The notes under the pieces: generated by a model
What the model saw: only the letters and a program-made list of their open reading frames with translations
Told to the model about the DNA's origin: nothing
Database searches by the model: none
IMG/VR virus record: IMGVR_UViG_3300035492_000225
Reading direction: 5' to 3' (one strand)
DNA length: 64,000 bases
Origin: a virus
Made by a program: the position numbers and the translations under genes
Shown: positions 58,013-64,000 of the stretch, piece after piece
Position numbering within the stretch: position 1 is the first letter of the stretch
Layout: each line of letters opens with the position of its first letter

Positions 58013-58692
58013 TCGATCACCTCATTTGGGAATAGACGTTTGAAGTACGTCTTGAGTTCTGCTAACGCTGTGGTGTGATGGTACCGAACAACCGCAATGG
58101 AATCTCCTTTGGAGAACACTGCTTTGAACTGCATCTCATCATCGATAGTCGACACAAACGTCCCTTTAAACATATAGCCTTTACCCAACATGAGTAGCTG
58201 CATACATGCAATAGCAAGTGTGAAGTAGTGAGGGAAATCACCACACTCATCCTTCAGGAATGTAGTCTGGGTCGATGGGATGGAATGCGCTACATAGTCG
58301 TGGTCATCGGTATAAAAACTGATTTCGACCACCACTGGCAGAGAACAGTCATCCGGTACAGGTACAATTCCGTCAACGAAAGAATCGGCACCTGGTTTGA
58401 TCAGCTTAAACATCGATAGATTGGAGTGGAATCTGATAAACGGTTCTTCGGCAGGAATATGCGAATAAAATCCTGTCAGGACATACGGGGTGGGTGTGAA
58501 GCTAAGGTCTTCTTTAGAACCCAGACATCTCATGGTATCGCGGTCGTATTGTAGAAAAATCCCATTGATCGCTTCCTGACTGATATCGTCGAAGAAATTG
58601 GAAATGAAACCGATGTTATGGAGACGGATTTCTTCAGTGGTCTGCTTGGAAATCTCTTCTTTCCTGGAAGTGAGGCTCACTACGTTGTCCAT
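58009..58692 (-). CDS. Hypothetical protein (227 aa)
   Basis: CAGGA RBS-like sequence. Confidence 0.7.
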   Translation of the reverse strand: MDNVVSLTSRKEEISKQTTEEIRLHNIGFISNFFDDISQEAINGIFLQYDRDTMRCLGSKEDLSFTPTPYVLTGFYSHIPAEEPFIRFHSNLSMFKLIKPGADSFVDGIVPVPDDCSLPVVVEISFYTDDHDYVAHSIPSTQTTFLKDECGDFPHYFTLAIACMQLLMLGKGYMFKGTFVSTIDDEMQFKAVFSKGDSIAVVRYHHTTALAELKTYFKRLFPNEVIE

Positions 58693-58729
58693 GGATATAT
58701 CCTGTCAGGTTAAATTAGAGTCGGCATAA

Positions 58730-58756
58730 CGCCCTACTGGAGCGACCAGTAGGGCG
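58730..58756. terminator. 11-bp hairpin closing the RNA island
   Basis: cgccctactgg-agcga-ccagtagggcg. Confidence 0.65.
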
Positions 58757-58918
58757 ACAGAGGCTTATTTCGGTTACTGCTTCAACCGTAGTCACGTGCT
58801 GCGGCTAGAACATCGTCCAGATCGTACAACAGTCCATCTGGGGTAGTACACATCGAACACTCTATCGGATGGACCTCGATAAAGGCTAGCTCCACGGATG
58901 TTACTCGGGAGGCGTGTA

Positions 58919-59006
58919 TGGCAGAAGCGGTGAGATTAGAACTCACGGACCCGTTAGAGTCGACGACCTTCAAGGTCGCTCCATTAAACCACTCTGGCAC
59001 GCTTCT
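58919..59006 (-). tRNA. trnS: tRNA-Ser (UGA), CCA encoded
   Basis: AGAAGCG/CGCTTCT acceptor, G73, anticodon loop CT-TGA-AG, long variable arm, T-loop TTCTAAT. Confidence 0.9.
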
Positions 59007-59015
59007 ATATTTAAG

Positions 59016-59128
59016 ATCGATGACCCAAGTTACGGGTAATGGGCACCACCCCTACTGACGTCATTACAAGGTTTTAATCCCCATAACAACCATGTACACA
59101 TTGGCGTCAGTCAAGGCCAGTCATCGAT
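59016..59128 (-). ncRNA. Candidate structured RNA between the tRNAs
   Basis: 9-bp closing stem atcgatgac/gtcatcgat; internal actgacg/cgtcagt. Confidence 0.5.
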
Positions 59129-59133
59129 ACTAC

Positions 59134-59218
59134 TGGTACCCGAAGCCGGACTCGAACCGGCACGCTTTACAGCAGGGAATTTTAAATACCCAACGTCTAC
59201 CAATTTCGTCATTCGGGT
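59134..59218 (-). tRNA. trnL: tRNA-Leu (UAA), CCA encoded
   Basis: ACCCGAA/TTCGGGT acceptor, A73, loop TT-TAA-AA, GGTTCGAGTCC T-arm. Confidence 0.93.
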
Positions 59219-59265
59219 GGAATTCTATTAACAAAATAATAATGGTAGATGGATAATGAAGTACG

Positions 59266-59283
59266 ACCCTCCCGAAGGAGGGT
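59266..59283 (-). terminator. Hairpin with UUCG loop
   Basis: accctcc-(ttcg on minus)-ggagggt. Confidence 0.6.
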
Positions 59284-59341
59284 TATACCCGGCGACGATG
59301 GAGGGCGAGCTCCGCATTCTACCTTTGGTTCATCGCCTACT

Positions 59342-59432
59342 GAACAACTGACTGGATGAGTTCGACCCTTCAATTAAGGGCCTGGCAAGTCCATGCTACC
59401 ATGTGGCCTGAAACGGCCTTTGTCAGTTGTTC
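59342..59432 (-). ncRNA. Candidate multibranch ncRNA
   Basis: 11-bp closing stem gaacaactgac/gtcagttgttc; internal ccctt/aaggg and ggcc/ggcc hairpins. Confidence 0.55.
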
Positions 59433-59554
59433 TTTATGCTCATTATTTCGGATGAGCATAATAATGATGTATCACTTCAGTTTATTTCAGTAAACTTCTC
59501 AAGAGCTCACTGCGGCCTTGGTGTCGATATTCGTGATACACTTCTTAAATAGGC

Positions 59555-59639
59555 GGAGAGCAAACCCAGGTCTCCTGATGTACCCGACGGGAGAGTACGG
59601 AGACAGCGAGTTAGATTAGCACCCTCTGGGGAGCTCTCC
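59555..59639 (-). ncRNA. Candidate rod-like ncRNA
   Basis: Nested ggagagc/gctctcc, cccag/ctggg, gtctcc/ggagac and gtac/gtac. Confidence 0.55.
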
Positions 59640-59643
59640 TGTT

Positions 59644-59768
59644 TGGAACAAGCGGGTGGAGTCAAACCACCACACCGGCGTGGGGCGGGTGTAAGAGATC
59701 ACCCCTTAGACGTCATGGTGTCCAAGGCTAAGTCCGAATTTCACGGTGCATGGTTTCTCAACGCCTGT
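59644..59768 (-). ncRNA. tRNA-like RNA (acceptor stem, T-arm, CCA) with non-canonical interior
   Basis: ACAGGCG/CGCTTGT, U discriminator, CCA; GGTGG-TTTGACT-CCACC T-arm; 125 nt with no standard D or anticodon arm. Confidence 0.6.
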
Positions 59769-59782
59769 ATTCAGTGACCTTG

Positions 59783-60304
59783 TTAATCGAGCAGATATTC
59801 GATATCTTCAACAAAGCCAATTGACACAGTGATACGGGGTTTTTCTTCACTCAGTGCAGATACTGAATGGGGTTCCAGTACTCGAATGGCGTAGACACCA
59901 TCGAGTTCCAATTGGTCCATCAGTTGACACTTGTCAGGATCATAGTAGTCGTATGGGATACCACCGACTGCCGTGAACCGTTTCTCAGGTGGCTCAGTAA
60001 CCTTCCACCATTTGGTGAAAGTACCTTCACAATTGGCAATTGGGAAGTTGATCCTGACCTGCTTGGTGTCGTTATCGACGTGAATGGTATCGTGGGTGAA
60101 CTTGTAATACACGATAGCTAAGAACTCGATGGTCAGATCCAGGGGCTTGAACAGATGTTCCAGTTCAGGGATCTCTTTATATACTTCAGACTTACGCAGG
60201 AACGAGAAGGTCCCTTTGATAAGTTCTGGACGATCTTCGATATACTTCTGCAGTTTCGCAGGGATATCACCGACATCGATTTCGAGTTTCTTATAGTAGT
60301 TCAC
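59783..60304 (-). CDS. Putative 2OG-Fe(II) oxygenase/DSBH protein
   Basis: IHVD...RINFPI...PHSV...PRITVSI: HxD...H...R signature. Confidence 0.7.
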   Translation of the reverse strand: MNYYKKLEIDVGDIPAKLQKYIEDRPELIKGTFSFLRKSEVYKEIPELEHLFKPLDLTIEFLAIVYYKFTHDTIHVDNDTKQVRINFPIANCEGTFTKWWKVTEPPEKRFTAVGGIPYDYYDPDKCQLMDQLELDGVYAIRVLEPHSVSALSEEKPRITVSIGFVEDIEYLLD

Positions 60305-60756
60305 GATACATCTCCTTGTTCGCTATCGTATTCTTTCTTCAACTCAGTGACACGTGCTTGCAGGACTGAATTGAGGCCGCGCATATGCGCCAGCTGGAGC
60401 TGCAACAACGACCGCTGCTTGTTCTTTGCACTGTCTGGGTTTTCCAGATAGGTGGTGAGCTTGATAAGTCGATCATCCAACTCGACTTGTTCGGCTATCA
60501 GTCGCTGAAGAAAATCAGGATATTGACCGATATCACCCAGATGCAGGTGAGTGGGTGTAAATGCATCAGCTGGCGACCAACTGATATATCCTTCGTGATC
60601 CGGGTGGTTCTTGTGATCAGACCCAGGGTACTCAACGAGATATCCTGGGATATCGTCTTCATCCTCAGGCATTGTCCAGCCACGATAGATATTATACTCT
60701 AGCCGACTCATGGGAGTGGCTTTGATGATCTTGCGACCAAGATAATACGCATCCAT
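60301..60756 (-). CDS. Two-module phage protein (GYLVEY/GYISWSP domain plus helical crAss001_48-like domain)
   Basis: YLGRKIIKATPM...GYLVEY...GYISWSP..F, then FLQRLIAEQVELDDRL.KL; start at 60756 behind AGAGG. Confidence 0.7.
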   Translation of the reverse strand: MDAYYLGRKIIKATPMSRLEYNIYRGWTMPEDEDDIPGYLVEYPGSDHKNHPDHEGYISWSPADAFTPTHLHLGDIGQYPDFLQRLIAEQVELDDRLIKLTTYLENPDSAKNKQRSLLQLQLAHMRGLNSVLQARVTELKKEYDSEQGDVS

Positions 60757-61174
60757 TATTACAATCCTCTTCTTGAGGGTGCGGGCAAAATACCTAGCAT
60801 CCACCAATACACTCTTGCTGGCCAGCGAATCACTACCACCATCGATGATGATGGTTACGATAAGAATGTATTGATGGTTACATCGGTTAATTTGTGACGC
60901 AGGTGACTCCCGCGCCGGGTACCAATATAGCTTACGATTTCTGCACCTACCAAGTACACAAGTCGTCGTACGGTTCACCCGAGTGGTAATCGGATTCTAA
61001 GTAGCTTCCTCCAGACTAATAACCCCCGTTACACCGTAAGATACACGGGGAGTCTGGTCGTTCTTATGTATCCCTTCTACAAGGGATACATTTCGATCAG
61101 TCTTGTTTTATGTCGCGGATCATCTTCAGAGCTTACGACAGTTCTTCTCAAACAATATATCGAGTTAGTATTTT

Positions 61175-61606
61175 TTAACATTCCTTGAAATGGATGTATC
61201 TCATTAATGTACAGTAGGTGTGATTATCTATCATACCGTCCTTCACACATGCTGCTGATTTATCATGGACTACTCCGGGATACCCATCCCGGATTGCCAC
61301 ACAAAGAGTAAACGAACGAATCATACCTTGACCACATTGGATGAGAACGGTATTCTCACCCGTGGCCATACAGCGGTTAATGAATTCGTCTACTTGCTTG
61401 GCCATAACTTCTGTAAACACATATTGTTGATCATCGGCTTCGTACAGGAACTTCTCGTCACCTGGATGAAAATGGAGTCTGAGGACATGACGATTCTGTT
61501 CGTTATCCAGCGTCTGATATGGACGAACTGGATCACAGATCGTAATGACCGGGAGAGTGTTGTCAAAGCTGTTTACCTTCTTTTGACTTACGTTGATGAC
61601 TTTCAT
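61175..61606 (-). CDS. Protein-tyrosine/dual-specificity phosphatase-like protein
   Basis: CX5R loop IQCGQGMIRS; VITICDP and LRLHF motifs. Confidence 0.75.
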   Translation of the reverse strand: MKVINVSQKKVNSFDNTLPVITICDPVRPYQTLDNEQNRHVLRLHFHPGDEKFLYEADDQQYVFTEVMAKQVDEFINRCMATGENTVLIQCGQGMIRSFTLCVAIRDGYPGVVHDKSAACVKDGMIDNHTYCTLMRYIHFKEC

Positions 61607-62050
61607 TTAATCCTCTCGATTCAAACAACAAATGAATTTACCCGGTACATAAGGGAATAGGGCTTGATATACGTGCCGTATATCCGTTTCGAAATCAAGG
61701 CCACCATGACCACACCCAAGGGGAGGTAATGCTATCGTCCCCAGTCTGGTGCGTTGGGAGAGAATCGCTAACCGGTTTATATTGTTCACCACGAGTGATC
61801 TCGGCGATGGATCGCACCAATCCAATTTAGTCGGGACTAGCAGATACCGTTTATCATCATGAGTATAAACAATGAACTGCCAAGGCTCTATTTTGGGGTA
61901 CATGGTCTTGTAGTGATTATAGAGACCAGGCACTGTGTCTCTAGCTATTTTAGCTATACCAGCACCCATAGCACCCACAAGATTTATGGTCACCACATAG
62001 GTGTCAGCCTCAACGTCAAATAGACTGGAATTCGTTTCCATATAAGACAT
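61607..62050 (-). CDS. Macrodomain ADP-ribosylhydrolase, DarG/TARG1-like
   Basis: VTINLVGAMGAGIA, PTKLDW.DPS, IALPPLGCGHGGLDF. Confidence 0.85.
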   Translation of the reverse strand: MSYMETNSSLFDVEADTYVVTINLVGAMGAGIAKIARDTVPGLYNHYKTMYPKIEPWQFIVYTHDDKRYLLVPTKLDWCDPSPRSLVVNNINRLAILSQRTRLGTIALPPLGCGHGGLDFETDIRHVYQALFPYVPGKFICCLNRED

Positions 62051-62084
62051 AATCGATCAACTCTGTCGTAGCTGTATCTTAATA

Positions 62085-62109
62085 ATGTATATATTCATGG
62101 TATTTGATT
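62085..62109 (-). promoter_or_regulatory. Putative phage promoter AATCAAA-N13-TACAT
   Basis: Variant motif with identical spacing. Confidence 0.5.
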
Positions 62110-62121
62110 GGTATGTGAAAT

Positions 62122-62185
62122 AAAAAAAGAAAAATAATGGTAATGGTACTAGACACCGTATCTTCACGATACGGTGTCTAGTACC
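62122..62185 (-). terminator. 18-bp hairpin plus U tract
   Basis: ggtactagacaccgtatc-ttcac-gatacggtgtctagtacc at 62145-62185. Confidence 0.8.
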
Positions 62186-62204
62186 TGATGATTATTAATC
62201 ATCA

Positions 62205-62861
62205 TTATCTATCAGTCTTGTTTTTAACGGTCCGTTTCCGCCTAGTCTTTGGTTGGGGGGTTGTCATTACCGATTTGTACTTGGTAGAGACGACAAGTGA
62301 CCCTGGCACATATTCAACGTCTCTAAATTCAAGACCTTGGTCATTTAGATCGATATACGCGACTCCTCCACCAGTATAATCATCAGCTTCGATCGAAGCT
62401 GCAATGGCGCTAGGCGCATCCATACCTAATACACCCATGGCAAATTTAGCAGCGGTTGCGCCGCTACCAATGGCATACGGTGCGGTCACTTCCTTATATC
62501 CGAATGCCGAATCATCAAAGGTTATCTTGTATCCTTTACCATCAGTTACGGCAAGCATACTCACACTCCGAAGGAGTGGACTGGGCTTCATCACAGCACG
62601 AATAGTCTCTTCAGACGCGCCTGTGACAATTAGAGCCGATAATATTCTACAGGTTTCAGAACAACCAGCAAATCCCAGTACGATGGGTTTGTCACCGAAG
62701 ATGTGCTTGGATGGGTTTTTATTGACTGCTAACTTTTTAACCAGTCTATACTGGGTGTTTGACTCTGAGTCACAGTCTTGGCAGTAGATCGGGTTTGTCA
62801 AAGTCCGTGTGGAGAGTCTATCAACAGCCAGTGTCTTACCATCCCATGCTACAGTTGTCAT
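62205..62861 (-). CDS. HslV/proteasome-beta-like Ntn peptidase
   Basis: N-terminal MTTVAWDG..LAVD (Thr nucleophile), KKL, GFAG, AIGSGA, DDYTGG. Confidence 0.8.
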   Translation of the reverse strand: MTTVAWDGKTLAVDRLSTRTLTNPIYCQDCDSESNTQYRLVKKLAVNKNPSKHIFGDKPIVLGFAGCSETCRILSALIVTGASEETIRAVMKPSPLLRSVSMLAVTDGKGYKITFDDSAFGYKEVTAPYAIGSGATAAKFAMGVLGMDAPSAIAASIEADDYTGGGVAYIDLNDQGLEFRDVEYVPGSLVVSTKYKSVMTTPQPKTRRKRTVKNKTDR

Positions 62862-62896
62862 TTCATTCTTCCTTTATGGTTAAATTCAGTTCCATC

Positions 62897-62921
62897 ATGT
62901 ATCGTCTGTTTTATTTCGAAT
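62897..62921 (-). promoter_or_regulatory. Putative phage promoter ATTCGAA-N13-TACAT
   Basis: Exact motif and spacing. Confidence 0.65.
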
Positions 62922-62924
62922 CGA

Positions 62925-62954
62925 AATAAAAAAAAAGGAGGACCGAAGTCCTCC
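62925..62954 (-). terminator. Intrinsic terminator with UUCG loop
   Basis: ggaggac-(ttcg on minus)-gtcctcc followed by a U-run. Confidence 0.85.
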
Positions 62955-62957
62955 CTA

Positions 62958-63353
62958 TCATCGTTTTACTGACCCCTTTCCATCCAGACTATTCATTAGA
63001 CCGTTGACCGCAGCTGACTCTTTCTCATCGAGGCTCTCACACTTACTTATAACCGCCTCAGCTCTATCTCTAGGTAACATGAGGAATTTGTCGTAAGTGA
63101 TCCCAGTATACTTAAGGACGTTAGCTTCCATGTATCTGGTCAACCATACATCGTACGAATCGATCAAGGACATGTCCTCGGTCTCATGCATACAGACGGA
63201 TGCGAAGTTAGACTCTGATTGACTACTGTTACTTAGAATCTCAAAGGTCTCGTCAAAACAGTCGTTAATGATCAACTGCGCCGCGATACTAGGGAATGTC
63301 TTCTCCGTAGTGGAAAGGACCCTGTCCAGCTCTGTCATGTTATCACTGAACAA
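62958..63353 (-). CDS. Conserved jumbo-phage protein, possible tail/baseplate assembly chaperone; true start unclear
   Basis: Frame is open to 63473 with no ATG/GTG before the TTG at 63353; C-terminal GITYDKFLMLPR pattern. Confidence 0.65.
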   Translation of the reverse strand: MFSDNMTELDRVLSTTEKTFPSIAAQLIINDCFDETFEILSNSSQSESNFASVCMHETEDMSLIDSYDVWLTRYMEANVLKYTGITYDKFLMLPRDRAEAVISKCESLDEKESAAVNGLMNSLDGKGSVKR

Positions 63354-63403
63354 CTCACGCAGACCGAACCGTCGGTCTGTGATATGCTGTCCATGTGCTA
63401 AAC

Positions 63404-64000
63404 TTATCGACTTGCCACGTTTTCGATTTGGTTGATCTTCAACGCGGCTAGGGTAAAAAAAACGTACCCTATATCAATCGGGATCAGATAAGGATGGGTC
63501 TTGTCATACGACTCACCTTGACAGGACGGACACTTGATCTTCGGGATAGCGATATACGACACCGCTGTCTTTCGGAAGTAGCTGACGATACTGTCATTCA
63601 GTGACGTGGCCAGTTCGACTGATTCGCTGAGCATTTCCAGCAGGCGGTCTTTACCATCGGCGTTGTCGATGACTTGTGGTTGAGCATCTGGATCTGTCTG
63701 GTATTCGAAATGACGAATCCATTGACTGTACTGTCGCAGGTTAGAGATCGCACCAGAGCGCATGATGTGTCGTGCACGATCCATATCCGACAGTTTCTTA
63801 CCGAATGCTTTATCGGTGGCTGTAGCGATACCATCCACCCACATGTGACCAGCCACAGCCTGCTCATGGAGTGTCGGGATACCCAGTACAGCTGTCAGAC
63901 CATCGCGTACTTTGACGCGCTGCTCGAAGAACGGGAAATCACTCTGATATTTCTCGATCTGCTCCAGTGTACGCTTGGTGCGTCGTGATGCCATGTGGAG
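63404..64000 (-). CDS. C-terminal part of a conserved jumbo-phage protein (continues beyond the window)
   Basis: Ends IAIPKIKCPSCQG...HPYLIPIDIGYVFFTL with CxxC. Confidence 0.7.
   Translation of the reverse strand, partial: LHMASRRTKRTLEQIEKYQSDFPFFEQRVKVRDGLTAVLGIPTLHEQAVAGHMWVDGIATATDKAFGKKLSDMDRARHIMRSGAISNLRQYSQWIRHFEYQTDPDAQPQVIDNADGKDRLLEMLSESVELATSLNDSIVSYFRKTAVSYIAIPKIKCPSCQGESYDKTHPYLIPIDIGYVFFTLAALKINQIENVASR

Noticed and set aside
58782-59000. 72-aa ORF
   Set aside because: Overlaps tRNA-Ser on the same strand; its start is inside the tRNA
58919-59006. Suppressor/selenocysteine tRNA or stop-codon recoding
   Set aside because: The anticodon is UGA (reads UCA, Ser), not UCA; all genes translate intact in code 11
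59347-59424. Canonical hammerhead ribozyme (also CTGATG at 59575)
   Set aside because: The CUGANGA core is not intact in either place; kept only as unknown structured RNAs

Overview
A gene-dense, almost entirely minus-strand segment of a lytic jumbo phage, most likely phiKZ-like (Chimalliviridae-type). This placement is inferred from recalled protein families and gene order, not from a database search. Evidence includes a block of large virion genes with repeated S/A-x-E head-protease motifs (29.9-51.8 kb), a split family-B DNA polymerase subunit, NAD-dependent ligase, thymidylate kinase, and thymidylate synthase interrupted by a group I intron carrying an HNH endonuclease. There is also a free-standing GIY-YIG endonuclease, a 1514-aa repeat-rich tail fibre with an S74 chaperone, and two tRNAs. 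Most unusual observations: (i) two His-box fatty-acid desaturases plus a stand-alone NRPS condensation-like acyltransferase inside the tail-fibre island; (ii) a ~1 kb non-coding RNA island including a 125-nt CCA-ended tRNA-like RNA, and a second candidate ncRNA (7438-7548) with 16 nt complementary to the 16S rRNA 3' tail; (iii) a candidate -1 frameshift joining the last two ORFs; (iv) a dispersed CATAGAGAGG palindrome family and an ATTCGAA-N13-TACAT promoter-like motif, twice combined as a ~92-bp cassette; (v) two SspB-like adaptors, an HslV-like peptidase and a DarG-like macrodomain. All structures and motifs were read by eye and no computation was run.
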